A stretch of 64,000 nt of DNA, taken from positions 23,707 to 87,706 of the forward strand of contig JAFWMA010000015.1 of NCBI GenBank assembly GCA_017510825.1. The letters run 5' to 3'. The translations under genes and the position numbers were made by a program. This document shows, piece by piece, positions 53,246 through 63,977 of the stretch. Numbering within the stretch: the stretch's first letter is position 1; every line of letters starts with the position of its first letter. Origin of the DNA: Clostridia bacterium. Lineage in GTDB: Bacteria > Bacillota > Clostridia > TANB77 > CAG-508. The notes under the pieces were generated by a model. The model was not told the DNA's origin and made no database searches. It saw only the letters and a program-made list of their open reading frames with translations.

Positions 53246-53325
53246 ATAATCAACTCCTAGCAGGTAAACATAAGTAATTTACTGTTAGTATTATATCACG
53301 ATTTTCAGAGATGTCAAATTTTTAG

Positions 53326-53598
53326 CTATTTTATGCTGTTTATATAATCTTCTAATTCCGATAATTTTATCTTTTTTGCAAGATTGGATATATAAACATC
53401 ATTCGAATAGTTAAAGACCAGAAATGTAGTATCTTTTACAATCACTCTATGTGGCTCAATATAAGAAATATTGGTTTTCTCAATTTTTCTTATACTACCA
53501 TTAACAAAAGTGGGAGTAACCTTTGAGAACTCACATATAAAATCTAGTCTTTTCTTTAAGTTTTCCTCAAATCGTAGTTCTTCTTTAATTATCTTCAT
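53326..53598 (-). CDS. Hypothetical protein
   Basis: ~90-aa ORF with purine-rich RBS downstream of tRNA-Leu. Confidence 0.65.
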   Translation of the reverse strand: MKIIKEELRFEENLKKRLDFICEFSKVTPTFVNGSIRKIEKTNISYIEPHRVIVKDTTFLVFNYSNDVYISNLAKKIKLSELEDYINSIK

Positions 53599-53716
53599 TT
53601 CAAGCACCATCCTTTCTTTTTAGGATATTGGATGATGTTTTTTGGGCAAAGAAAAAAATCATCCAACTTACTTGAATGATTTTTAATCTATCTGTTAGTT
53701 CGAACAGATACGTCGT

Positions 53717-53803
53717 TGGTGCAGATGGTGGGACTTGAACCCACACACAGTTTCCTGTAATAGATTTTGAGTCTATCGCGTCTACCAATTCCACCACATC
53801 TGC
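53717..53803 (-). tRNA. tRNA-Leu(CAA)
   Basis: Manual cloverleaf: GCAGATG acceptor, anticodon loop CTCAAAA, long variable arm, GTTCAAGTC, CCA. Confidence 0.95.
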
Positions 53804-53963
53804 ATTTATAAAAAATTTAATCATATTGCATACATAGCCGTCTACCAGTCGCTTCGCCTTTCTCCAAAAACTTCGTTTTTGTGGCTCTCGCGACATAAGT
53901 TATATGTAACTCGCTTCGCTTCGAACATCTAACTTAAATTCCACCACATCTGCATTTATAAAA
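53787..53963. repeat. 27-bp direct repeat of tRNA-Leu 5' end and leader (53787-53813 and 53937-53963) flanking a CG-rich insert
   Basis: AATTCCACCACATCTGCATTTATAAAA occurs twice, 150 bp apart. Confidence 0.9.
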
Positions 53964-54199
53964 TAAAAAAAAATATATATATATACTAGCATATTATTTT
54001 TAAAATGTCTAGTAAAATTTATAATTTTAAAAAAATATTGAAAAGTTATGTAAATCATGGTATAATTTAAACTAGTTTTTTTTATTATTTTTAAAAAAAT
54101 TGACAACTTGAGAGGAGGCTATAGTTTAATAACTTTTAGAAAGGAGGATATTTGATATTATAGATAATTACATACATATTTATTTTTTTGGAGGAAAAA

Positions 54200-55630
54200 A
54201 TGTCAGAACAAGTTATATCACCTAATTCCGGTTTAGCGCTCAATCCACTTGATGGTCGGTATTCTGATATATCCAAGGAATTATCTCCTTATTTTTCTGA
54301 ATTTGCTCTTGTGAAAAACCGTATTTGGGTAGAAGTTAACTGGTTGCTCTTTATTCTTGATCACATACGGGATATTCCATCACTTGAGCACTTTGACAGA
54401 ATCAATCTCAGAGATATCAAAAGAATACATACAGACTTTTCGATGGAAGATTACATCACAGTTAAGAAAATAGAGTCATCAACAAAGCATGATGTCAAAT
54501 CAGTTGAACTATTTATCGCTCAAAAACTCCAAGAACTTAACCTAAATGAACTGGTTAGCCTAGTTCATATTGGTTGTACATCAGAAGATATAACAAATTG
54601 TGCATACGCAAATATGATTAGTGATGCTTTAATACATATATGGTATCCAAATGCAGAAAATCTTTTATATGAGATTTGCATCATGGCCAGAAAATACTAT
54701 GCAATCCCAATGTTAGCACATACACATGGACAACCCGCAACACCAACTACTGTAGGAAAAGAATTCGCAGTTTACGCTTCAAGGCTACAAGCAGCCATAG
54801 ATGTTATTGATTCCATTAACATTGTAGGTAAGTTTAATGGTGCTACTGGCAATTATTCAGCATTAAGTACTGCTTTTCCTCACTACGATTGGCCAAATCT
54901 ATCTAGGATTTTTATTGAAGAATACTTAAATCTTTACTTTAATCCAATAACAACACAAATAGAGTCACATGATTGGATGTGTCACATTTTTGATGGAATT
55001 CGCCATTTCAATAATATACTACTTGACCTTGATTTAGATATGTGGCTATATATTTCAATGGATTATTTCCATCAGATTCCAGTTACAAGCGAAGTCGGAA
55101 GTAGTACGATGCCCCATAAAGTAAACCCAATCTCATTTGAAAATAGCGAATCCAATATTGATATGTCAAATTCAATATTGATGTCACTTTCAAATAAACT
55201 ACCTCATTCACGTATGCAGAGAGACTTAAGTGACTCATCTTCTCAGCGCAATATTGGCATTGCATTTGGGTACTCTTTGCAAGCTATTAAACAAACTCGC
55301 ACGGGTTTGAAAAAGGTAGCCTTAAATAAAAATAAGATTCGTGACGATCTTAAAGATCGATGGGAAGTTTTAGCAGAACCCATACAAACTATACTGAGGA
55401 AATATGGTATACCTGATGCTTACGATCAACTAAAAGAATTGACTCGTGGCAAAACCATTTCAGAAGATGTGATTCAAAACTTTGTCAATTCACTTGAAGA
55501 TTTATCTGATGAAGATAAGCAAACACTACTTACATTGTCACCCCAATCTTACATAGGATTTGCACCAAAGCTAACCCTTGATGAAATTGATAAAATCGAT
55601 GAACTTGAATCAACCAAGAATCAAATTTAA
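54200..55630 (+). CDS. purB: Adenylosuccinate lyase
   Basis: ALNPLDGRY, HIGCTSEDI, HTHGQPATPTTVGKE, GSSTMPHKVNP; ATG at 54200 after GGAGG. Confidence 0.95.
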   Translation: MSEQVISPNSGLALNPLDGRYSDISKELSPYFSEFALVKNRIWVEVNWLLFILDHIRDIPSLEHFDRINLRDIKRIHTDFSMEDYITVKKIESSTKHDVKSVELFIAQKLQELNLNELVSLVHIGCTSEDITNCAYANMISDALIHIWYPNAENLLYEICIMARKYYAIPMLAHTHGQPATPTTVGKEFAVYASRLQAAIDVIDSINIVGKFNGATGNYSALSTAFPHYDWPNLSRIFIEEYLNLYFNPITTQIESHDWMCHIFDGIRHFNNILLDLDLDMWLYISMDYFHQIPVTSEVGSSTMPHKVNPISFENSESNIDMSNSILMSLSNKLPHSRMQRDLSDSSSQRNIGIAFGYSLQAIKQTRTGLKKVALNKNKIRDDLKDRWEVLAEPIQTILRKYGIPDAYDQLKELTRGKTISEDVIQNFVNSLEDLSDEDKQTLLTLSPQSYIGFAPKLTLDEIDKIDELESTKNQI

Positions 55631-55747
55631 TAATAGAATCCTACAATTAAATATATAGTAATATCAATAAGAGCCAATTCAAATAATGAATTGGCTCCTC
55701 CTCTTGAAAATAAAATATAAGCTTACTAGTTTTTTATTTATTATGAA

Positions 55748-56242
55748 TCACTTTTCCCATAATTCAACTTTCTTATTTTTAAGACTTTTTTGTACATCTA
55801 TAACTCTTTGATTTTCTGAACCTCTCCACTCTAATTTTGGATTATGTAATTCGTCATTATACTGTCCATCAACAATTACATCAATATATTTTGCAACATT
55901 TTGCTTACTAATGTAGTCTTCAAAAGTATAACCAGACCATACCCAAAGATTTTTTTCTGGATATTTTTCCTTGAATTTTTTAGCAATCTCTTCAGTTGCC
56001 TTAATATTATTAGGATGCATTGGCTCTCCCCCTAAAATTGATAAACCTTTAATATGGCTTTTACTACATAAGTCCATTATCTCTTTTACCGTTTCTTCAG
56101 TAAACTCGTCTCCGCCATCAAAGTCCCATGTCTCTGGATTAAAACAGTTTTTACAATGAAATGAACACCCCTGTAAAAAGACTGAAACTCGTACACCAGG
56201 ACCATTTGAAATATCCATTTTTCTAATTTTATTATACCTCAT
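55748..56242 (-). CDS. nrdG: Anaerobic ribonucleotide reductase activating enzyme
   Basis: NGPGVRVSVFLQGCSFHCKNCFN radical SAM motif, WRGSENQRVID. Confidence 0.96.
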   Translation of the reverse strand: MRYNKIRKMDISNGPGVRVSVFLQGCSFHCKNCFNPETWDFDGGDEFTEETVKEIMDLCSKSHIKGLSILGGEPMHPNNIKATEEIAKKFKEKYPEKNLWVWSGYTFEDYISKQNVAKYIDVIVDGQYNDELHNPKLEWRGSENQRVIDVQKSLKNKKVELWEK

Positions 56243-56358
56243 TTTTATTCCTTTCTTTCAATTGAATAGATATAACATAAAAAGGAGAAAATGGGAACAA
56301 ACCCAATTTCACCTTTTTATTTTATGTTAACATAAAGATTGTAATATCCTTCTTTATT

Positions 56359-58620
56359 CTAATACATCCTAACTTGCTCCATAACAATATTTTTCTTTTC
56401 TGCTTTTTTATGTTCATCATTACATGAACACTCTGAATCTTTATTATCAATATGCAATACTCTTTCCTTAATTTCTTGAGTTCTACCTTTATTCCAGAAA
56501 TTTGTCCCAATATATCCACAAGTTCTTCTAGCTACATTAAGTGTTCTGTGATCCTTATTACCACAATTTGGACAATACCAATCTAAGTTTTCATCAATTA
56601 ATATTTCACCATCAAAGCCACATTGTTGACAATAATCTGATTTAGTATTTAACTCTGCATACATAATATTATTGTAAATAAATTCTATTAATTGTTCAAC
56701 TACATCTAAATTATTTTGTAAGTTTGGTGTTTCCACATAACTAATAGCTCCACCAGGTGATAGTTTTTGAAATTTACTCTCTAATGCTAATTTCTCAAAA
56801 GCATCTATTTCCTCAAATACTGGCACATGATATGAATTTGTAATATAATCTCTATCTGTAATTCCTTCAATAGTTCCAAACCTTTGTTTTAATGCTTTAG
56901 CAAATTTATATGTTGTAGCTTCAATTGGTGTTCCATAAACACTATAATCAATATCTTCTGCTTCTTTCCATTCCTTACATTTATCATTAAGATGTTGCAT
57001 AACTTCTAGTCCAAATTTTTCACCTTCTGCACCATCTGTATGGCTATGTCCAGTCATATATTTAACACATTCGTATAATCCAGCAAAACCTAAAGAAATT
57101 GTTGAATATCCATGATACAATAATTCCTTAATAGGCTCACCCTTATCAAGTCTAGCTAAAGCACCATTTTGCCACAATATCGGTGCACAATCACTTGTTG
57201 CATTTTCTAGCCTTTCATGTCTTATTCTTAAAGCTTTATGACATAACTCTAATCTCTCATCAAATATCTTCCAAAAATCATCCATATCTTTTCTCGACGA
57301 TAAAGCTACATCAGGTAAATTTATAGTTACAACACCTTGATTAAATCTTCCATAATATTTAGGTTTACCTTCAACATAATTTTTAGCTTTTGCAATGTTT
57401 CCTAAGCTCATAGTTCTATCTGGAGTTAAGAATGATCTGCATCCCATGCAAGGGTAGCAATCTCCATCGCCTTTTTCATTTTTCTTTAGTTCTAGCATTA
57501 TTTTCTCTGATATATAGTCTGGAACCATTCTTTTAGCTGTACATTTAGCAGCTAACTCTGTTAAATAGTAATACTTGCTATCTTTATGAACATTATCTTC
57601 TTCAAGAACATATAATAATTTTGGAAATGCCGGAGTAATATAAACTCCCTTTTCATTTTTCATTCCAATAATACGTTGTTTTAACATCTCTTCAATTATC
57701 ATTGCAAGTTCTTCTTTATATTCTTCGGTCTCACCCAAATATAAGCATACACTTAAGAAAGGAGCTTGACCATTTGTTGTTGTCATTGAATTGATTTGAT
57801 ATTGGAAAGTTTGAACACCATCTTGTACTTCCTTTTTTATATCTTCTTTAGCAAACTTTTCACATTGTGATTTTGGTAATTTTCTATCTTTATATTTTTT
57901 ATAATATTTATTGTAACTGTCTCTTACAAATGGTGCTAAATGTGTCATAGTAACGGTAACACCACCATATTGACTTGAATTAACAGCTGTAATAATTTGA
58001 GTTGCTATAGTCATAGCAGTTAAAAATCTGTGAGGCTTTTCAATTTGTACACCATTAATATTCGTTCCGTTTTGAAGCATATCATCTAAATTAATTAAAT
58101 CACAATTATGTAGTGCATTTTGAGCAAAATAATCTGCATCATGAAAATGAATAATACCTGAATCATGAGCTTCAACAACTTCTTGTGGTAGTAAAAATCT
58201 CCTAGTAATATCTGTACTTGTTATACCAGCCAGATAGTCTCTTTGAGTTGTAACTATTCTAGCATTCTTATTAGAATTTTCATTATTCCAGTACTCACTA
58301 GTACCATCAATTAATTCCTTTATAGTTTGATCTGTGGTATTAGCTTTTCTAATAAGTGCACGAGTATATCTATATGTAATATATGCTCTTGCTAAATTAT
58401 GTTTTTGCATATCCATTAATTTATTTTCAATCAAGTCCTGGATATCTTCAACAAGAATTCTTCTCTTTCTAATCTTTTTTATTGATTTTACGATATCTTC
58501 AACTTCATCATCGTTGGCTCTATCTTCCTTATCAACATCATCATTTGCTTTTTTTATTGCGATTCTAATTCTTTCTTCATCAAAATCAACAATGTTCCCA
58601 TCTCTTTTTACTACCTTCAT
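56359..58620 (-). CDS. nrdD: Anaerobic ribonucleoside-triphosphate reductase with ATP cone
   Basis: VVKRDG ATP cone, YPCMGCRSFL, C-terminal RRTCGY glycyl radical loop. Confidence 0.97.
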   Translation of the reverse strand: MKVVKRDGNIVDFDEERIRIAIKKANDDVDKEDRANDDEVEDIVKSIKKIRKRRILVEDIQDLIENKLMDMQKHNLARAYITYRYTRALIRKANTTDQTIKELIDGTSEYWNNENSNKNARIVTTQRDYLAGITSTDITRRFLLPQEVVEAHDSGIIHFHDADYFAQNALHNCDLINLDDMLQNGTNINGVQIEKPHRFLTAMTIATQIITAVNSSQYGGVTVTMTHLAPFVRDSYNKYYKKYKDRKLPKSQCEKFAKEDIKKEVQDGVQTFQYQINSMTTTNGQAPFLSVCLYLGETEEYKEELAMIIEEMLKQRIIGMKNEKGVYITPAFPKLLYVLEEDNVHKDSKYYYLTELAAKCTAKRMVPDYISEKIMLELKKNEKGDGDCYPCMGCRSFLTPDRTMSLGNIAKAKNYVEGKPKYYGRFNQGVVTINLPDVALSSRKDMDDFWKIFDERLELCHKALRIRHERLENATSDCAPILWQNGALARLDKGEPIKELLYHGYSTISLGFAGLYECVKYMTGHSHTDGAEGEKFGLEVMQHLNDKCKEWKEAEDIDYSVYGTPIEATTYKFAKALKQRFGTIEGITDRDYITNSYHVPVFEEIDAFEKLALESKFQKLSPGGAISYVETPNLQNNLDVVEQLIEFIYNNIMYAELNTKSDYCQQCGFDGEILIDENLDWYCPNCGNKDHRTLNVARRTCGYIGTNFWNKGRTQEIKERVLHIDNKDSECSCNDEHKKAEKKNIVMEQVRMY

Positions 58621-59190
58621 ATTTTTATCCTTTCTGAATACATAAACAGTAGTTTAAATCACCTCTACTATTTGATTTAACTTAGCTGTTATGATTTACT
58701 TATTATAGTAAGGATTGATTGTCATCTCCCCTTTGCACCTATATAATATATTTGTTTTTTTATAATGTCAAATTATATTCATTATGTAATTTGAGTTCCA
58801 ATATTGCCTTGTATCTAAGAAAATCCTCATTTCAACTTTTTCATTTTTTTAGCTTTTTCGACAATTTAAAATTGTACACCATTGAAATATGGCACTTTCG
58901 TAAAGAAAAAATAGTATTTTTTATAGTTTTTTTAAAAATCATTTTTTGCTTTTATTCATTTTTCGCTTGTTTTTCATAATTGTTTTTTTTGTGCGTTCAG
59001 TAATATCAGCAAAGTTCACTATATCTTCATTATTTAATTTTCATTTTTTTGTCAAATTTCAAAAAATCGTTTTTTATATATTACAAAGATTTAATATTTT
59101 TGTAACAGTTTTGTAATATATAATTTTTTTACATATTCTAAATTTTATGATAAAATATTTGTATAAATATTTTATATAGAGGTTAATTAA

Positions 59191-61620
59191 ATGATAGAAT
59201 TGCTATCTCCAGTCGGAGATTTTGATTGTTTAAAATCATCTGTTCAATACGGAGCAGATTCTGTATACTTTGGTGGACACTTATTTAATGCACGTATAAA
59301 CGCTACAAATTTTGATAAAGAAAAAATTAAACAAGCAATAAGATATGCAAAATTAAGAAATGTAAAAGTTAATTTTGTTTTAAACACATTAATAAAAAAC
59401 GATGAATTTAGTTCAGCTATTGATTTAGCATCTTATGTATATTACCTAGGAGTAGATGCAATTATTGTTCAAGATATAGGCTTAGCTACGCATTTAATAA
59501 AGTATTTACCAGATTTGCCTATACACGCAAGTACACAGATGACAATTCATAATTTAGATGGTGTCTTAAAACTACAAGAATTAGGATTCAAAAGAGTAGT
59601 CCTTTCAAGAGAGTTGTCATTACATGAAATAAAGCATATATGTAGAAATTCAAAAATTGAAATCGAAACATTTATACATGGGGCATTATGTGTTTCATAT
59701 TCTGGTCAATGCCTATTCTCAAGCATAATTGGCGGACGATCTGGAAATCGTGGAAAATGTGCACAGCCATGTAGATTAAAATACGACCTTATAGCTGAAA
59801 ACAAATACTCAAATAAAATAACAACGATAGATAAAGGGTATTTATTAAGCCCACGTGATTTATGCGGATTAAAATATATACCTAATTTAATTAAAAGTGG
59901 AGTAAAATGTTTAAAAATAGAAGGCAGAATGAAATCACCAACTTATGTTGCAACTATTACAAAAATATATAGAAAATACATAGATTTAGCATATTCAGAT
60001 AAACCATATATTATAGAAAAAAATGATATGTTAGAATTAATGCAAGCATTTAATCGTGGTGGATTCTCTGATGGCAACTATGAGCAAAAACCTAATAGAT
60101 CTTACATATTCAAAGATAAACCAAATAATATGGGCTTATATTCTGGCAATGTGTCTAATTTCAATGAAAAAAAGGGTTTAATAACATTCAAAACATTACA
60201 AAAATTTGAAATTGGTGATAAAGTATCAATTGAAAATGAAAAAAACACTTATACTATTTCAGAATTAATGAAAAAAGGAAAAAATATTAAATCGTCTGTA
60301 AAGGAAGATATAATAACTATCGGAAGAATAAAAGGAACTATTAGACCTGGTGCAAAAATTTACAAAACAACAGATTCTTCTAATATAAAAAAAATTGAAC
60401 GACACATAAATTATGAAAACAGAAAGATACCTTTATCTGCTCATATAACAATAAAAAATAAAAAACCTATTATATTAGAAGTAAAGTCTCTTGATTCTAA
60501 AGGTGGAAATTATTATTCACTTTTTTCAAAAATAGAATCTCAAGCAATACCTACTGAGGCTATAAAAACTCCAATAACAAAAGAAAGAATTGTTGAACAA
60601 TTATCTAAAACGTCAAATACACTTTTCGAATTTTCTAACATAAAAGTAGAATTAGATAACAATTTATATATACCAAAGATTTCATTAATTAATCAATTAC
60701 GTAGAGATTGTTTAGATAATTTAATTAATCAAGCAATAATTAAATTTGAAAGAAAAACTAAACAAGTAAAAATCCACTCTTTTAAAAATTCTAAAGAACT
60801 AATTAATAATAAGCCCAAAATATCTTTGCAGTTAAATAAATTAAACTTTGAATATGATTATTCAATAATAAATAACATTGAAAATGTATACATCCCTTTT
60901 AAGTATTTCATCTCCCAAAAATATTATAAAGTTATAAAGCAATTAGAAAAAAATAACAAAATATTTATACTACTGCCAGTTGTTTTAAAAGAAAACTATA
61001 AAAACATCTTGTCACATCATCTTGAACACATTTTTAAGAAATACAAAATTTGTGGATTAGTTGTCTCAAACTTATCAATCGCAAATAAAACGAACAATTT
61101 TCCTAAACATATTAAATTAGTTGCAAACTTTAACTTAAATATTTTTAATAATTATTCTATTAATTTATTGAAGAAAGTAAAATTTTCAAGAATAACCTTA
61201 TCTCCAGAATTAGATAAAGAAACTTTACAAGACATTACTCTAAAAAGTACTCTGCCAACAGAACTGATTGTATATGGTAATCTTCCTTTAATGAATACAG
61301 GATATTGTATGTTAGGTTCATCAAACAAATGTTATCCAACATGTAAATCATTATGTAAAATTGAAGATTATAACTTTTATCTTAAAGATAGATTAAATAT
61401 GAATTTTAGAATAATTCCTGACAATGCTCAAACGCTTAACACTATATACAATTCAAAAACAACATCTATTAACTATTCAAATATACATCCAAATTATGCT
61501 AGGATTTCTATAATTGATGAAAATATCGAAAAAATAAATAACATAATTAACTATGTTAGAAAAGATAAAACATTCAGAGGACCAAATTATACACAAGGAA
61601 ACTTAAATAAGTTAGTATAA
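59191..61620 (+). CDS. U32 family protein with DUF3656-type C-terminus (RlhA-like; inference)
   Basis: GADSVYFGG, HASTQM, HGALCVSYSGQC, RSGNRGKCAQPCR, KIEGRMK. Confidence 0.9.
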   Translation: MIELLSPVGDFDCLKSSVQYGADSVYFGGHLFNARINATNFDKEKIKQAIRYAKLRNVKVNFVLNTLIKNDEFSSAIDLASYVYYLGVDAIIVQDIGLATHLIKYLPDLPIHASTQMTIHNLDGVLKLQELGFKRVVLSRELSLHEIKHICRNSKIEIETFIHGALCVSYSGQCLFSSIIGGRSGNRGKCAQPCRLKYDLIAENKYSNKITTIDKGYLLSPRDLCGLKYIPNLIKSGVKCLKIEGRMKSPTYVATITKIYRKYIDLAYSDKPYIIEKNDMLELMQAFNRGGFSDGNYEQKPNRSYIFKDKPNNMGLYSGNVSNFNEKKGLITFKTLQKFEIGDKVSIENEKNTYTISELMKKGKNIKSSVKEDIITIGRIKGTIRPGAKIYKTTDSSNIKKIERHINYENRKIPLSAHITIKNKKPIILEVKSLDSKGGNYYSLFSKIESQAIPTEAIKTPITKERIVEQLSKTSNTLFEFSNIKVELDNNLYIPKISLINQLRRDCLDNLINQAIIKFERKTKQVKIHSFKNSKELINNKPKISLQLNKLNFEYDYSIINNIENVYIPFKYFISQKYYKVIKQLEKNNKIFILLPVVLKENYKNILSHHLEHIFKKYKICGLVVSNLSIANKTNNFPKHIKLVANFNLNIFNNYSINLLKKVKFSRITLSPELDKETLQDITLKSTLPTELIVYGNLPLMNTGYCMLGSSNKCYPTCKSLCKIEDYNFYLKDRLNMNFRIIPDNAQTLNTIYNSKTTSINYSNIHPNYARISIIDENIEKINNIINYVRKDKTFRGPNYTQGNLNKLV

Positions 61621-61621
61621 A

Positions 61622-61648
61622 AAAATCTCAGCTTAGCTGAGATTTTTC
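61622..61648. terminator. Bidirectional terminator between U32 gene and rpmA
   Basis: AAAAATCTCAGC-tta-GCTGAGATTTTT. Confidence 0.85.
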
Positions 61649-61663
61649 CTTTATAAATCCAAA

Positions 61664-62038
61664 TTATGCTGTTGCTACTTTCTTTTTAGCTGTATTTTTT
61701 GTACTTGTTTTTGCTTTTTTAGCAGTCTTTTTAGCAGAAACCGTTTTACTAGGAACTTTCTTAGCTGTTTTAGCCTCAAGTTCTTCTTGAGTATACACGC
61801 TAACTTTCTTTTTATTTCTGCCCATTCTTTCAACTTTCATTATTCCAGTAATTCTAGCATATAAAGTGTCATCACTTCCAATTCCTACATTAGTTCCTGG
61901 ATGTAATTTAGTTCCTCTTTGTCTCATTAATATATTTCCAGCTTGAACTAATTGACCATCTGCTCTTTTCAAGCCCAATCTTTTAGATTCACTATCACGA
62001 CCATTATCGGTACTACCTTGCCCTTTATGATGTGCCAT
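61664..62038 (-). CDS. rpmA: 50S ribosomal protein L27 with Lys/Ala/Thr-rich C-terminal extension
   Basis: [21 protein letters not shown]...[20 protein letters not shown]. Confidence 0.96.
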   Translation of the reverse strand: MAHHKGQGSTDNGRDSESKRLGLKRADGQLVQAGNILMRQRGTKLHPGTNVGIGSDDTLYARITGIMKVERMGRNKKKVSVYTQEELEAKTAKKVPSKTVSAKKTAKKAKTSTKNTAKKKVATA

Positions 62039-62073
62039 AAAATTTCACCTTCCTTTATCTTGAATTTCAATAT

Positions 62074-62391
62074 TTATTTAGCTAATTTTATTGATTTAAT
62101 TTCAACCTTTGTATATGGTTGTCTATGCCCTTGAGTTCTTCTGTAGTTTTTCTTAGGTTTGTATTTATATACAATTATTTTTTTACCTTTTCCATGAGAC
62201 ACTACAGTTCCTTCGACAGATACGTTTTGAACATAAGGAGCTCCAACCTCTATCTTTTTGTCATCAGATACTAAAACTACTTTATCGAAAGTAACTTTTT
62301 TTCCTTCTTCAGCATCTAATTTTTCAAAGAAAACAACATCTCCTTCTGTAACTTTGTATTGTCTTCCACAACTTTCGATTATTGCGTACAT
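62074..62391 (-). CDS. rplU: 50S ribosomal protein L21
   Basis: [21 protein letters not shown]. Confidence 0.98.
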   Translation of the reverse strand: MYAIIESCGRQYKVTEGDVVFFEKLDAEEGKKVTFDKVVLVSDDKKIEVGAPYVQNVSVEGTVVSHGKGKKIIVYKYKPKKNYRRTQGHRQPYTKVEIKSIKLAK

Positions 62392-62404
62392 TAATGTACA
62401 CCTC

Positions 62405-62485
62405 CTTTATTTTAAGACTCGCTAAGCATCAATACAAGGCATCTAGTTAAACTAGAATTTAGTTGCCCGACTCAGGCGGTTTACA
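62405..62485 (-). ncRNA. Probable L21 leader (cis-regulatory)
   Basis: Structured GC-richer 5' UTR with CCGCC...GCGAGTCT before the RBS; promoter TTGACA-18-TATAAT at 62522-62493. Confidence 0.5.
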
Positions 62486-62537
62486 GTTATTTATTATACT
62501 ATAAAACTGATATTTTTGTCAAGATTTTTGCTCATAT

Positions 62538-63977
62538 TTAATATAAATACCAGTGCATGGTTTTTCCTTCTAATACAATCTGATCTAGATTAAACATACT
62601 CCAATTATTATCTTTAAAATACTTATTATAAATATCTTTATTCTGTTGAGTTTCTTTTAATTTTCTATGCATAAATAATTCTAATATTGCTGCCCCACTC
62701 ATTTTCTCATTTTTTGCACTTATATTAATCATATCATTTATTTCAGGATAAAAAACACTTGAACTATCTAAATTATATATTGCTACATTCTCTACTTTAA
62801 TACCTGTTTCATTCTCATACTTATTAATTTTATCATTAATTTCATAAACTATATATTTGTCCATATAATTAACTATATATCTATTTATACCAATGTTTGT
62901 AAATTGGATAAATTCCATAATAAGTACACCAATAGAAATTGCGACAATAAATTGATTTTTATACTTTATTTCTTTCTTAGTTTTAGTAAATGTAGTAACA
63001 AATATTAATGATAATCCTACTAAACTACCATAAGCATATGAATTTCTAGGGAACATTACTGCTGAACTTACATTTTGAGGTATAATAGTTGCAATGGTAA
63101 AAAAATAAGTAATGAATAACATATATAAATACTTTAATAAATCTAGTGTCTTCTGCTTAGTACCTTTATCGAGCATTATTATATAAATTATAACTCCAAC
63201 AACTATAAGTACATAAAGTAATATAAATAAAATTTTCGGATATAATCCAAATCCCTTAAACAATTGTTCATTTGAAGCATTAAAAATAAAACTTATTGTT
63301 TGAATAAAATTATAATTTCCTCCAACTCTTTTATTTCCAATAAGCATTACTACTACAAAATTAATTATTGTTGGAATACCATAACATAAAAAGTAAATTA
63401 ATGTATTTTTTATAAAAAGTTTCAATTTATTACTATGTAGAATAACTGATATAGATGAGAGAGCCATGAATATTGCCACTGTACCCTGATATGAAAAAAG
63501 TGCAATCAACATAAATGCAATGCATAATCCAATTTCTCTTTTTTTATTATTTTCTAGATATTCATCAAAATGTTTAAAAGCTAAAACACAGGCAAGTATT
63601 GAAAGCATCATTATTCCCATTTCAGCAAATAACCATAGCTCAATTATAAATGGATTAATTATTGTTGCTATGGAAATAATTGCATTAATAAAATCACTTT
63701 TTATATACTTTTTTAGAATAATATATAAAGTATAAATTGCAAAGGTTGTACAAGCAATTCCAATTATAAATGATACCACATACATTGTTTCTGGTGTAAA
63801 TCTAAAAAATTGCAATATTTTAAATAAAAAAGCAGTTATAAATCTTCCGGATTTTATGAATTCTTGTACATATCCTAAATTTTCAGATGCAAATAAAAGA
63901 TAAGTATCAACCGAATAATTCATTTTCAAAAAAAAACCAAAAAATGCTATAGCACATATAGTAAATATTAATAACAT
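62538..63977 (-). CDS. Multi-TM GtrII-like glycosyltransferase-family membrane protein
   Basis: YSVDTY..SGRF, LFSYQG, PRN motifs, ~10 TM segments. Confidence 0.65.
   Translation of the reverse strand: MLLIFTICAIAFFGFFLKMNYSVDTYLLFASENLGYVQEFIKSGRFITAFLFKILQFFRFTPETMYVVSFIIGIACTTFAIYTLYIILKKYIKSDFINAIISIATIINPFIIELWLFAEMGIMMLSILACVLAFKHFDEYLENNKKREIGLCIAFMLIALFSYQGTVAIFMALSSISVILHSNKLKLFIKNTLIYFLCYGIPTIINFVVVMLIGNKRVGGNYNFIQTISFIFNASNEQLFKGFGLYPKILFILLYVLIVVGVIIYIIMLDKGTKQKTLDLLKYLYMLFITYFFTIATIIPQNVSSAVMFPRNSYAYGSLVGLSLIFVTTFTKTKKEIKYKNQFIVAISIGVLIMEFIQFTNIGINRYIVNYMDKYIVYEINDKINKYENETGIKVENVAIYNLDSSSVFYPEINDMINISAKNEKMSGAAILELFMHRKLKETQQNKDIYNKYFKDNNWSMFNLDQIVLEGKTMHWYLY

Noticed and set aside
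53600-54106. ORFs 53600-53896 and 53900-54106
   Set aside because: They translate through tRNA-Leu, its duplicated 5' end and promoter; not credible proteins
58640-58770. NrdR boxes upstream of nrdD
   Set aside because: Only partial matches in very AT-rich DNA; cannot be supported without a PWM scan
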